A DNA stretch of 64,000 nucleotides from Dehalococcoidia bacterium (GTDB lineage Bacteria > Chloroflexota > Dehalococcoidia > Lucifugimonadales > VXLM01): NCBI GenBank assembly GCA_034423035.1, contig DAOUJF010000004.1, positions 969 to 64,968 of the forward strand, given 5' to 3'. Within the stretch, counting starts at the first letter, position 1, and each line of letters begins with the position of its first letter. Made by a program: the position numbers and the translations under genes. This document shows positions 1 to 10,447 of the stretch, one piece after another. The notes under the pieces are model-generated. The model made no database searches, was not told the DNA's origin, and saw only the letters and a program-made list of their open reading frames with translations.

Positions 1-3000
1 GCTCAGAAGCCCGACAGCGAGGTCTATCCCCGCGTGTGCGGGGGAACCGCTGATAATCGTGTCTGGGAACGCTGACGGCGGGGTCTATCCCCGCGTGTGC
101 GGGGGAACCTACACCACGGTTCGAGACAACCCGGGCAATCAGGGTCTATCCCCGCGTGTGCGGGGGAACCGTTCGAGCCGAACGGCCCAATGAACAGTCC
201 GAAGGTCTATCCCCGCGTGTGCGGGGGAACCCAGCGTGTAAATGCGCGGCTCGGTTCTGTATAAGGTCTATCCCCGCGTGTGCGGGGGAACCCGTTCCGA
301 TGTACTTGGTCTCTCCGCTAGGGCCGGTCTATCCCCGCGTGTGCGGGGGAACCGAGTACAACGATCTGCCAACGGCGGCTGCTCACGGTCTATCCCCGCG
401 TGTGCGGGGGAACCTTGGGTGTGCCGTTGTCAAATCCACATCCCGCAGGTCTATCCCCGCGTGTGCGGGGGAACCGCCGCAGAGTAGGTCAGCACGAGGG
501 ATGCGCCGGGTCTATCCCCGCGTGTGCGGGGGAACCCAGAACGGCTCGCTGTCGACGCCGCTTGGGACGGGTCTATCCCCGCGTGTGCGGGGGAACCTGC
601 TGCGGACGGCCCCCTGCTCGGTTCTGGTAGGGTCTATCCCCGCGTGTGCGGGGGAACCGTGACCGCGTCGCGCTTCGCTTTTCTTCGTTGAGGTCTATCC
701 CCGCGTGTGCGGGGGAACCTAGGCGGGCTGGGCGTGATGTCCGGCAGAATGAGGTCTATCCCCGCGTGTGCGGGGGAACCTGGTAATTCCAATACGCGGG
801 TCGGCGTTCGTGCGGTCTATCCCCGCGTGTGCGGGGGAACCTTCGGTATGTGGATTCTTGGGGCGGTCGTGTCGGGTCTATCCCCGCGTGTGCGGGGGAA
901 CCCCCTCGATGCTCTCGGAGAACGCCCATAGCAACGGTCTATCCCCGCGTGTGCGGGGGAACCACCTGACGCCAATGGTTGCCAGCGTCCGCCCTGGGTC
1001 TATCCCCGCGTGTGCGGGGGAACCGGCGCGTGGGAGGTGGCCTGCGTATGGCTATCGGGTCTATCCCCGCGTGTGCGGGGGAACCTCTCATCCATCGTGT
1101 AGCCCTTGGCGGCAAGCTGGTCTATCCCCGCGTGTGCGGGGGAACCGTCCGTAACGCCCATTTCAAACCCCTCGAAAGGGGTCTATCCCCGCGTGTGCGG
1201 GGGAACCGTGGATACAGTCTTCCGGAACATACCGGGAGCAGGTCTATCCCCGCGTGTGCGGGGGAACCCTGGATCGCTCGGATGCGACGCTCCGCAGCCG
1301 CGGTCTATCCCCGCGTGTGCGGGGGAACCTCATGTTTTCGCAAGTTGCCGCCCGATGATCCAGGTCTATCCCCGCGTGTGCGGGGGAACCGAGTAGCGGG
1401 ACATGGAACTCATGCGCGATGGGGGTCTATCCCCGCGTGTGCGGGGGAACCGAGTTCAAGGTTGCCGGGAGCGGGTAGGTCGACGGTCTATCCCCGCGTG
1501 TGCGGGGGAACCTGCACGGGGGAGTAGTACTGTCCCTCCGGAGGCGGTCTATCCCCGCGTGTGCGGGGGAACCTCCTCGACAGGATACCGGGGGGTATCA
1601 GTATGGGGTCTATCCCCGCGTGTGCGGGGGAACCTCATCAGCCCAGAGATAAATTGCCCCTGAAGATGGTCTATCCCCGCGTGTGCGGGGGAACCCGCTC
1701 AGCGAATCCCGCTGCCTCAACGATGGTGGGTCTATCCCCGCGTGTGCGGGGGAACCCGTTGTTGTGCCGTCCGCGCGTGGTGCTCTCGGGGTCTATCCCC
1801 GCGTGTGCGGGGGAACCGTGAACACTTCCAACGAGGGCATAGTGAACGTCGGTCTATCCCCGCGTGTGCGGGGGAACCCTCACGTTGATTGGGAGCGGCG
1901 GCGTTGTCGTGGGTCTATCCCCGCGTGTGCGGGGGAACCGCTCTTCTGCTGGGGGGCGCGTTCATAGCAATGGGTCTATCCCCGCGTGTGCGGGGGAACC
2001 TACAACAGGTACGTCCAGGCCGCAGCTGGGCGCGGTCTATCCCCGCGTGTGCGGGGGAACCCCTAGATATGAATACAGCGGCTTCTGCCCACAGGGTCTA
2101 TCCCCGCGTGTGCGGGGGAACCATGGATGAAGAATTCAGGACAGCGTGGAAGACGGGTCTATCCCCGCGTGTGCGGGGGAACCTGTCCGGGCGGCGCGGC
2201 CTCGCTGATCAGCCCGGGTCTATCCCCGCGTGTGCGGGGGAACCCCTCAGCAAGATATCATTCAGGTTCAGGAACCGGGTCTATCCCCGCGTGTGCGGGG
2301 GAACCTTTAAGGGACTGGAGGATGTTCTGGGGGCGACGGGTCTATCCCCGCGTGTGCGGGGGAACCCCAGGTGGCGGGTGTGACGTATACGACGTCATAG
2401 GTCTATCCCCGCGTGTGCGGGGGAACCACAAGACCCCTAAGGGGCTGACGGCTGAACAGAGGTCTATCCCCGCGTGTGCGGGGGAACCAAAAGGGTAAGG
2501 GCTGGTGGCACGTCTACCGACGGTCTATCCCCGCGTGTGCGGGGGAACCCAAAAAGGCTTGTTCGGCCTCATAATCCGCAACGGTCTATCCCCGCGTGTG
2601 CGGGGGAACCCCTCCGGTGCGTCCTCCTGGGAGCGGCGCTCCGGGTCTATCCCCGCGTGTGCGGGGGAACCTGAATGGGAACTTTCAAGGCGGGAAGCGC
2701 ATGGGGTCTATCCCCGCGTGTGCGGGGGAACCTTCGCATCCCAAGGGAGCATGGACACGTTCTAAGGTCTATCCCCGCGTGTGCGGGGGAACCTGAGAAC
2801 CGCTTCACTCACCCTGTATGGACACGGGTCTATCCCCGCGTGTGCGGGGGAACCACCGCCGTGCTCTGCAATAACTGTGTGCTCATCGGTCTATCCCCGC
2901 GTGTGCGGGGGAACCGTTCCCAAGCTATTAGTGCCACCAAAGACCTTAGGTCTATCCCCGCGTGTGCGGGGGAACCCCGTCAAGGCTAGGCGTATACGGC

Positions 3001-4135
3001 GAATAGTGGGGTCTATCCCCGCGTGTGCGGGGGAACCTCGAGCTTCCCCGACCAGTTCAACGAGGCCAACGGTCTATCCCCGCGTGTGCGGGGGAACCCG
3101 TCGTCGGCGTCGACGGCGCGTCCTACCATTGGGTCTATCCCCGCGTGTGCGGGGGAACCAGATGTATCGACGGTGCCATAGGTGCCGCTCACGGTCTATC
3201 CCCGCGTGTGCGGGGGAACCGCTCGGTGCGAGTGTCACAACGTACTCTTTCAGGGTCTATCCCCGCGTGTGCGGGGGAACCGGCTTCGGCGGCATCGTAG
3301 GGAATCCATCAAGCGGTCTATCCCCGCGTGTGCGGGGGAACCTTCCTCTGGTGACGGCCTTCACGTCCATGTAGAGGTCTATCCCCGCGTGTGCGGGGGA
3401 ACCACTTCCGGTCTTCGTCGGCGAACTGGATACCCTGGTCTATCCCCGCGTGTGCGGGGGAACCTTCTCAGACACGAGAAAGAGCGCGTCCGAGTACGGT
3501 CTATCCCCGCGTGTGCGGGGGAACCCAAATAGCACGCCATCCAGACGTACCTACCACAGGTCTATCCCCGCGTGTGCGGGGGAACCCGCCATATCAGTCC
3601 TCCTATGACCGAGTGTAAAGGTCTATCCCCGCGTGTGCGGGGGAACCGTAATAGCCCACGTCTCAGAAGCAGTCACGTACGGTCTATCCCCGCGTGTGCG
3701 GGGGAACCAAGCGGTCAGCCGTCTCGACCTCAAATTCAAGGGGTCTATCCCCGCGTGTGCGGGGGAACCAAGTCCCCTTGGTGGACGGTGTAGAGCGGGA
3801 TGGGTCTATCCCCGCGTGTGCGGGGGAACCATGTCGTACCGCACTCGGACGGCGTTCATACCGGGTCTATCCCCGCGTGTGCGGGGGAACCAGCGCGGCA
3901 GATAGACAACGCATCTCTAAACGGGGTCTATCCCCGCGTGTGCGGGGGAACCGCTACAACTATCCGCGCGGGTCTCTCGCGCGAGGGTCTATCCCCGCGT
4001 GTGCGGGGGAACCTGGATTGGTCGTGGTGAGGTTCCTGTTACTGAGGGTCTATCCCCGCGTGTGCGGGGGAACCAGCAAGCGGTTCACGAAGGGATACAG
4101 TGAGAGGGGTCTATCCCCGCGTGTGCGGGGGAACC
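1..4135 (-). CRISPR. Type I-E CRISPR array with 68 identical repeats in the window; the array continues past the left window edge
   Basis: The 28-nt core ggtctatccccgcgtgtgcgggggaacc on + (sense on -: GGTTCCCCCGCACACGCGGGGATAGACC, hairpin CCCCGC-ACAC-GCGGGG) starts at 21+61k for k=0..67. I checked it at 21, 82, 631, 1241, 1851, 2461, 3071, 3681 and 4108. The 33-nt inserts are unique. The cas2 gene and an AT-rich leader at the 4136 side set transcription on the - strand. Confidence 0.98.
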
Positions 4136-4186
4136 TCTTGCTAACATAATAGAGTACGTCAGTTATTATTCACAAATCGAATACTG
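4136..4186 (-). promoter_or_regulatory. CRISPR leader (51 bp between the cas2 stop and the first repeat) with a candidate sigma70 promoter
   Basis: AT-rich stretch. On the - strand, TTGTGA (4170-4175), N18, then TATTAT (4146-4151), ending about 10 nt before the leader-proximal repeat. Confidence 0.45.
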
Positions 4187-4486
4187 TTAGTTGTACTTTA
4201 CCAAGTACACGCCATCGGCATCCACGATGGACTTGGGTGCTTCGCCCAAGAGTCGTATCCGTTGCTCTCCGATAGCTGCGGGATCGCTCCACGTCATAAC
4301 TATCGCGCCTCGACCCGAGTCATAGTGCCACTTGCTCAGGACATCCCAGATTCTGTCTCGAATTCCGCTGGTCATTCGTGGGCTGGTGTATACACCGGGC
4401 GCTATTTCCAACATCACCGACGCCAGGAATCCGCGGTATCGCGCCTCGACGTTAACTGTGACGACTACTGTCACTATGCACCTCAC
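4187..4486 (-). CDS. cas2: CRISPR-associated endoribonuclease Cas2 (type I-E)
   Basis: 99-aa ORF directly leader-proximal, with a 4-nt overlap with cas1. Size and position fit the canonical I-E order. Confidence 0.9.
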   Translation of the reverse strand: MRCIVTVVVTVNVEARYRGFLASVMLEIAPGVYTSPRMTSGIRDRIWDVLSKWHYDSGRGAIVMTWSDPAAIGEQRIRLLGEAPKSIVDADGVYLVKYN

Positions 4487-5406
4487 AAACTCTCGTCCGA
4501 CGGCGCTGCCGCCACATCTTCTAGCGGAGCGACGTCCTGAAAGAGGACCTTGATGCGGTCTATCATCTTCGGAATCACGCGCTCGGCTCGCAGCATCTCT
4601 CCCGTCGTGCGCCGAGTGTGCCTTTCGATATTGATCGTCGGGTTTTCGATGACGGCTTTGGCCGACTTGAACGCGGCTGGAAGCAGAACCGTGTCGCGGA
4701 ACAGATCGGCGATGTCCAACGCGAATGCGTCGCCGCTGTGCTCGTGGATGAAGCCCAGTTGAGGAATAGCCCCCACCGACATCACGGCAATCACCGCTGC
4801 TGAAGTGACCGCGACAGACGCATGATTGATAGCCTGATTCGGAACATCGGCCGCGAGGGGATTGGCCCTGTCATAGCGGCGGCCCCTCCATGTGATTCCG
4901 TACCGCTGAGCCAGGTTTTGGTACGTTCGCCTCATGCGGGCACCCTCGATTCCTCGCAAGGCTTCGATGTTCTGATTCGGGAGCACTTCGCCGAGACGCA
5001 GAGTGTACATCTTGCGGGCCACGGTGATGCGGCTGCCTTCGGCGTCTCCCCATGCGCGCATCTGCCGACGGGCGATGTCGGACGTGTCGGGCATCAACGG
5101 CGGGGCCGTATAGCATCTGACACCGTCCTCGCCGACTGCAACGAGCGCGGTCCCGTGACGCGCCATCAAGCGCAGTGCGTCGTGACTGACGGTGGATCCG
5201 GGACCTAAAAGGATCATGGAAAGGGACTGAAACGGGATGCCGTATTCGCCAGAGTCGAGGGGGCTTCCCGAATCTGCATCGGCCTGACGCTCAAAGCGCA
5301 AAGTGCCGTCTCGGACGGTCAACGCCCCTCGACTCAGCCAGAGGAGCCCTTGCCGGTCGGCATGGGGAATCCTCGCAGTCTCAAGTCCCAGTCTTCCTCG
5401 CAGCAT
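4483..5406 (-). CDS. cas1: CRISPR-associated integrase Cas1 (type I-E)
   Basis: 307 aa with Cas1e-like sequence (…GFIHEHSGDAFALDIADLFR…). Sits between cas6e and cas2. Confidence 0.93.
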   Translation of the reverse strand: MLRGRLGLETARIPHADRQGLLWLSRGALTVRDGTLRFERQADADSGSPLDSGEYGIPFQSLSMILLGPGSTVSHDALRLMARHGTALVAVGEDGVRCYTAPPLMPDTSDIARRQMRAWGDAEGSRITVARKMYTLRLGEVLPNQNIEALRGIEGARMRRTYQNLAQRYGITWRGRRYDRANPLAADVPNQAINHASVAVTSAAVIAVMSVGAIPQLGFIHEHSGDAFALDIADLFRDTVLLPAAFKSAKAVIENPTINIERHTRRTTGEMLRAERVIPKMIDRIKVLFQDVAPLEDVAAAPSDESL

Positions 5407-5480
5407 GTTGGTTCATCCCCCGGTTGTGATATTCGGATGTTAAGGTACGTCAAAGAAGGATGGTCAGCGGCGGAAGATTG

Positions 5481-6221
5481 TCAGCCCGTCGTCCCTGACG
5501 CGGGACGCAGCAGCAGCATCCCGTATCCGTAGGCGCGATGGCGTCCGATCCCGTCGGCTACCAGGTCGGCGAACATTGCAGGGTCGGTCACTTCGATGGT
5601 TCCTTGCATCACTGCGTCGGGCCCTTCCGGAGCGTGCTTGTGGAGTTTGCGGACGACACGCACTCTCTGGAAGGACCGTAGCCGCGCCTCCTCCAGACAC
5701 GCGCCGCGTTGGGCAAGCCTGTCGGACAGCCAGTCCACGTAGACCTCCTCCCGGCCGCGGGGCATTTCCCCCTTCAGGTGGCGCTCTGCCTCGGCCTGGA
5801 AAGCGTCTCGTTCTTTGCCCGGTCTATCGGAACCTCGTCCGCATCTCACAACCGGGCGGATCAGGGTCTCGAAGCCTAGCCGCTGTCCTGTCCGCCATGA
5901 GTTCGGCATTGTCTTGCTGTCCATGGTCGAAGAGGGAAGTATCTTGGACTGCAATGGATCGGCGAAGACGGCATTTGCTTCGCGAAGTTCTTCGGCTGTC
6001 GAGCCAGAGTATGCGTAGAAGGTCCCGCGAACGCGTTTCCGGTCTCGCGGAATGATGACGCGAAAAGGCTTGGGCGCAAGGTCGCGTCCGAAGCTCTCGG
6101 TGAGGAGGCAGTGCATGGCGAACCCGGGATCGAAGGCGTTTCGGCTGATCATGCCTCTCGATCCCGCCCAGCGGTAAAAGGAGCGCGCGTCGATGTCCGC
6201 CCGTATCATGTTGGTGGTCAT
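5481..6221 (-). CDS. cas6e: Cas6e/CasE crRNA endoribonuclease
   Basis: 246 aa with the C-terminal GIGRHRAYGYGMLLL motif typical of CasE. 4-nt overlap with cas5. Confidence 0.9.
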   Translation of the reverse strand: MTTNMIRADIDARSFYRWAGSRGMISRNAFDPGFAMHCLLTESFGRDLAPKPFRVIIPRDRKRVRGTFYAYSGSTAEELREANAVFADPLQSKILPSSTMDSKTMPNSWRTGQRLGFETLIRPVVRCGRGSDRPGKERDAFQAEAERHLKGEMPRGREEVYVDWLSDRLAQRGACLEEARLRSFQRVRVVRKLHKHAPEGPDAVMQGTIEVTDPAMFADLVADGIGRHRAYGYGMLLLRPASGTTG

Positions 6222-6973
6222 GGCTGTTCCTCTTTGGCGTTGAATCGGTATGTTCCTTCATAGACCCGCCGCCCACCGCCGTGAAGCCCGGAGACCCAGT
6301 TGCGCTCGTCGGTCAGCATGAAGTCCCTGTCTATGTGAACACAGTCCACGCCTTCGCCGTCCGACCAGAGCAAGCGGACAGAGCGAACACGGTCGTCACC
6401 CTCTCGCTCCTCGCGTTCCACAGGGAGATTCAACAGCGCGTCGAGTGTGTTGCTCGCATTGCAGTCGATTCCGACGAATAGGGGCGCGGACGGCAAACAG
6501 GGCTTTCGCCCGATGAAGAGTGGACGGGCAGGTTGTTGCAAAGCGTTGGCCAGCTCGTCGAGCGTGGGCGACTCATCTTCCGGCTCCAGGCGCAGGGCGA
6601 CGGTGACGCGCATGTCGGCAAAGTAGTCACGGTAGCGCAGGTGCGGAGCGTCGTACGTGTTCGCGCCCCCGGCGCGGCCCTCGGGCCGGCCCCGGGTGGT
6701 CCACCCCTTGTCGTCTTTGTTCAACTGCGCCGTCTGGAAGTCGGTCAGCCGCACGCCGCCGGCCGGTTCGCGGTCGATGCGGGCGGCGAACACGAGGCGT
6801 TCTTGCAGGCTCTGATGCCGCTCCCGTTCGACGCGCCGCCAGCCGAGCGCGTTGGCAAACACGCCGGTCAGCATGGACGCCGCTGGAAACCAACGGATGA
6901 CGCCGTAGTTGTCGATCGTCTCGCCGCCGAAGGACATCAGCGGCGATTCGAGGTTTAGTATGAGATGTCGCAT
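6218..6973 (-). CDS. cas5: Cas5e/CasD Cascade subunit
   Basis: N-terminus MRHLILNLESPLMSFGG is typical of Cas5e. Start moved to the Met at 6973, which lies just downstream of the cas7 stop (6979-6981); the tracked ORF extends to 7018. Confidence 0.88.
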   Translation of the reverse strand: MRHLILNLESPLMSFGGETIDNYGVIRWFPAASMLTGVFANALGWRRVERERHQSLQERLVFAARIDREPAGGVRLTDFQTAQLNKDDKGWTTRGRPEGRAGGANTYDAPHLRYRDYFADMRVTVALRLEPEDESPTLDELANALQQPARPLFIGRKPCLPSAPLFVGIDCNASNTLDALLNLPVEREEREGDDRVRSVRLLWSDGEGVDCVHIDRDFMLTDERNWVSGLHGGGRRVYEGTYRFNAKEEQP

Positions 6974-6978
6974 GGAGT

Positions 6979-8160
6979 TCACGCCGCTTTCGCATTGCGG
7001 ACCGCGTCCGCGGCCCACGACGCAAGGTCATCGAGATTGCGGCGTTCCGCGTTGGGGATGTCGCAGTCATCAAGGGACACTACCCCGCGAGCTTCCCGAG
7101 GGCCGTACGCATCGTCTAGCTTGGACAGGTGACAGGAAATGGCGTCCGTTGCGTCGGCTATCTGCGCCTTGACGGGAGCGCGGAAAGCGTTGGCGAGGCT
7201 GCGAGGCTGACGCGACCCGGCCTCGATCAGCATGAGGTTGGCGTACTCGTAGGGCGCGGTCGAGCCGAGCTTCGCGCCGGGCGACACCGTGGCGATCAGA
7301 TGGATGAGATGCTCGACCACCTTCGCGGCAAGCTCGCGGTCCGCGCCCTGCGAGTCGGTGGCCTCGCACCCCGTGAGGTTGGAGACGAGGCCGGGCACGT
7401 CGACCACGACGTAGCCGTAGAATATGCCCGCGGTGAGCTCCACGTCGCCGATGTGGTCGGCGCCGGGGTCTTCGTCGGCGGGCTGGAGGTCGTCCACGAC
7501 GGAGAAGTAGTCGCTCTCCGACTCTTCCTGATGCACGGTGAAGGCGTGGGCGACGTGGACTGCGGCTTCGATGTTGGCGGCGGGGTCGGAAGTCACCATC
7601 CTGCCGAACAGTGCGCCGATGAGTCCGCCCGGCAAGGACGCGCTCTGCCTGAACGCACGGAAGTTGTCTCGATGGTCGTTGGCGCGCCGGTCGCTGAAGA
7701 GCTGCGTGGCAGCCTCCACCGCGGCATCTAAATCTCCCGCGTGCGCTTCACATATGGCCTTTGCGTGGGCTTGGAGATATTCGACTTCGGGTAGTCCGAG
7801 CAGAAGGGGCTGCCGTCCGCTTCTGGTCGTCCCACTGGAACCGTACACGCCCTTTTGGAACTCTTCCTCGACTCCGTTGAGGAACTCATCGGAGTATTGG
7901 CCGGTTTCACGGAGCGGCTGCATGATTCGTCGCGTGACGATTTCCCGCGAGCGGACGGCGTCTTGGGAACCCTGAATGTTCGCCACCGAGAACTCGTCGT
8001 CCGCCATGCGCCAATGTCGCTTGAGGCACTGCGACGAGACGCGCGTCCGTGTCGCCCCGCCGAACGGCATCCGCTTGGCGAGGCCGCTGTCGTCGCGGTT
8101 CAACAATGCCGCCGGGTAGGAGTGCAGCGTGTGGATTTGTAGAAATCGTGGTGTGGTCAT
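6979..8160 (-). CDS. cas7: Cas7e/CasC (Cse4) Cascade backbone subunit
   Basis: 393 aa with N-terminus FLQIHTLHSYPAALLNRDDSGLAKR…SSQCLKRHWR, characteristic of CasC. Confidence 0.93.
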   Translation of the reverse strand: MTTPRFLQIHTLHSYPAALLNRDDSGLAKRMPFGGATRTRVSSQCLKRHWRMADDEFSVANIQGSQDAVRSREIVTRRIMQPLRETGQYSDEFLNGVEEEFQKGVYGSSGTTRSGRQPLLLGLPEVEYLQAHAKAICEAHAGDLDAAVEAATQLFSDRRANDHRDNFRAFRQSASLPGGLIGALFGRMVTSDPAANIEAAVHVAHAFTVHQEESESDYFSVVDDLQPADEDPGADHIGDVELTAGIFYGYVVVDVPGLVSNLTGCEATDSQGADRELAAKVVEHLIHLIATVSPGAKLGSTAPYEYANLMLIEAGSRQPRSLANAFRAPVKAQIADATDAISCHLSKLDDAYGPREARGVVSLDDCDIPNAERRNLDDLASWAADAVRNAKAA

Positions 8161-8184
8161 ATCGTTTCTCCTTGTTGGGTTTCG

Positions 8185-8802
8185 CTATTGGTTTTCGGTG
8201 TCGTCAGGCTGCGAACGACGCTGAGCCCGGAAGTATTCACTGGCGATGCGACGGCGCGCGATTTCAGCTGATTTTTCAAAGTCCCCTTCATCCCGAATCA
8301 AGCTTGCCATTTCTTTCCAGTCGAAAGACACGTTAGAGGCGGCCAGCATCCGGAACGTCCTGGCCAGCAGCGAGCGAAACATTGGCCCTCGCGCAGTCAA
8401 GAGACGGTTGAGGCGAATCTCGCTGTAGAAGCCTTTCTCCCTAGTATCAGCGTCCCCAAGGTACAGCGCTCGCCCCACCGGCGTATAAGGGTCGTGAGCG
8501 TAACGCGTGTTCCCATCCCCTCGACTTGTCGGCGTCATCAAGGCAATTCCATGCAAGATCAGACCCCACTTCGGTTCAACCTTGCGGCCCCTGAACCGAT
8601 CTTCATGCTGGACCATTATTTTCCAGAAGACGGGCACATCGTAAGCGTCCGGGTCCATTCGACGGAGCTCGGCGAGGTCACCGGGCCTATACAGTTTTGG
8701 CGATGCTAGCTTTTGCGCAACATCGACAGCGACTTCACCCCAACTCTTAAGTTGTTCCTGCTGTGTTAATGCGCCGTTCCCCGGTGGATAAGTTGTCATC
8801 AT
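8185..8802 (-). CDS. cse2: Cse2/CasB (Cas11e) small Cascade subunit
   Basis: 205-aa helical protein between cas8e and cas7. Overlaps the cas8e 3' end by 56 nt, so the start is uncertain. Confidence 0.8.
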   Translation of the reverse strand: MMTTYPPGNGALTQQEQLKSWGEVAVDVAQKLASPKLYRPGDLAELRRMDPDAYDVPVFWKIMVQHEDRFRGRKVEPKWGLILHGIALMTPTSRGDGNTRYAHDPYTPVGRALYLGDADTREKGFYSEIRLNRLLTARGPMFRSLLARTFRMLAASNVSFDWKEMASLIRDEGDFEKSAEIARRRIASEYFRAQRRSQPDDTENQ

Positions 8803-10396
8803 CTACTCCTTTTTCGGTGAATAAGGAAGGCAGTCCATGGTTCCCGCGTATGCGGCCCTCGAACAGTCCTTCGGCACGGACGCGGGCTTTGTAACGCTCG
8901 ATCTCAGGACACGGGAGGGAGTCCATGGCGTCGGCCAGAACCAAGCGCGCACGGTTCACCACGTCCCTCTGCCAGTTATTGCGGATGCGCTGTCGTTCAT
9001 CCCTGTCATGGGCCTTGAACTCGGCCTGAAGGTGTTCGAAGAATCGGACATCCACGATCTCGTCCAGCTGATTCAGCCAGGGACGTGCGAGATTTCGATG
9101 CTCTCGGCTGACTTTGTCGGTCTCGCCTCTGCCCAAGAATATCTGAATAGCGTGGCTGAGTATTCGTTGAACCTTATCAACATCTTCTATGCGGTCATTG
9201 GCAACCTCACCCAAGGCTCTTAGTGCGCCAGGTCTCCTCATGGCATCCGGGTTTAGCGGGATCACACGCTCGGCATATCCTTCCGTCATCCCGTGCTTCC
9301 AAGTGTTGCGTTTCAAACTCCGTGCTACCAACAGGGTGTGAGAGTGCTCCTCCGTATACGTAGACTCTAGCAATATTGGGTGGTTCCACGAGGCCAGAAA
9401 ATGGGATATCCGCTTATACATGAATCCTGTTGGCCCAACGTTCAAAGCCATTCCCTGGTCATCAACGGGCGTCCATGGGTCGCCCGTTCTGCCTTGTTGT
9501 GTCTTGTTGATCCTCGGCACCTTAGAGTTGGCTAGTACAGCCAGCAGTTGACCATTGTCCACACGCAGTCGGACACGGCGACATATCTCGATGTAAAAGG
9601 GATCAACGTGACGGAGCAACTCGCCTTCATCACCATGCCATGAACAGAGCCAGAGGAGTGCAAGTCCGTTGTCATTGAACTGTCTAGTGTTTAAGACCTC
9701 CCCGCGCCGTTCCAACAGTACTGATATGTCCCGCTGGACATGGAGACCCCATCTAAGGACGCCTTCTTGCTCGCAGGGGGCAAGCGAGAACGCTGGACGT
9801 GCGGAATACGCGCTTCGGATTCTGGAGACTGAATAGTTACCCTTGCCATCCTGAGCGGCCCCTGTCTGGAGACTGATCAAGGTGAATATCCAGTCGTCGA
9901 CTTGGACGGACGATGCGACAGCTGACTTCACGTCGTGGTTCTTGGACGTAACGAGCATGTCTAGTTCGTCAGGAGTATATACAGGCTGTTTTTTGCCGTT
10001 CTCGGGTTCGTATCTCCCCTTCTTGTTTTCGTACAGGTACTCTGACAGCTTATCGGCCGAGAGCGCCGGCGGCTGCATGAAGGCGGGCAAGGTGATGTCG
10101 TCAACCACGAGCTGCCAGGGTTCGTCGTCGGGGTAGGCGGGCGTGAGGCCGCGAATGATCTCAGCCCACTCCGTCGGATCGGCCGGAGGGGCGTTCACGC
10201 CCGCCCTGTGCATCGCCATGACACCGAGTTGTACGAGGAAGGCGTGCCATGTGTGCCGATGGTGCGGCCGGAGGGCGGGGAAGGCGTCCACCTCGTCCGC
10301 CATGAGCGCGGCGTAGACTTCCGGCAGGGAGATTTCTACGCGGGAGCCGTCGGACTTGTCCATCCTAATCAAACGCTCGGTCAGGATGTTGTACAT
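8747..10396 (-). CDS. cas8e: Cas8e/Cse1 (CasA) large Cascade subunit
   Basis: 549 aa with a Cse1-like N-terminus (MYNILTERLIR…FPALRPHHRHTWHAFLVQL). GGAGAGG Shine-Dalgarno site 7-8 nt upstream of the ATG. Confidence 0.9.
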   Translation of the reverse strand: MYNILTERLIRMDKSDGSRVEISLPEVYAALMADEVDAFPALRPHHRHTWHAFLVQLGVMAMHRAGVNAPPADPTEWAEIIRGLTPAYPDDEPWQLVVDDITLPAFMQPPALSADKLSEYLYENKKGRYEPENGKKQPVYTPDELDMLVTSKNHDVKSAVASSVQVDDWIFTLISLQTGAAQDGKGNYSVSRIRSAYSARPAFSLAPCEQEGVLRWGLHVQRDISVLLERRGEVLNTRQFNDNGLALLWLCSWHGDEGELLRHVDPFYIEICRRVRLRVDNGQLLAVLANSKVPRINKTQQGRTGDPWTPVDDQGMALNVGPTGFMYKRISHFLASWNHPILLESTYTEEHSHTLLVARSLKRNTWKHGMTEGYAERVIPLNPDAMRRPGALRALGEVANDRIEDVDKVQRILSHAIQIFLGRGETDKVSREHRNLARPWLNQLDEIVDVRFFEHLQAEFKAHDRDERQRIRNNWQRDVVNRARLVLADAMDSLPCPEIERYKARVRAEGLFEGRIRGNHGLPSLFTEKGVDDDNLSTGERRINTAGTT

Positions 10397-10447
10397 AGGT
10401 CAGCCTCTCCTAATCGCTCATTCGTTTCAAGGAACGGACGTGCTATT

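Noticed and set aside
156-4149. Dozens of tracked + strand ORFs (66-197 aa) with recurring peptides GLSPRVRGN / SIPACAGEP / VYPRVCGGT
   Set aside because: They are three-frame translations of the 28-nt CRISPR repeat recurring every 61 bp (61 is not a multiple of 3, so the frames rotate). They are not genes.
8747-8802. 56-nt overlap between the cas8e 3' end and the cse2 5' end
   Set aside because: This is probably just an over-extended cse2 start or ordinary translational coupling. It is not evidence of a frameshift or a fusion.
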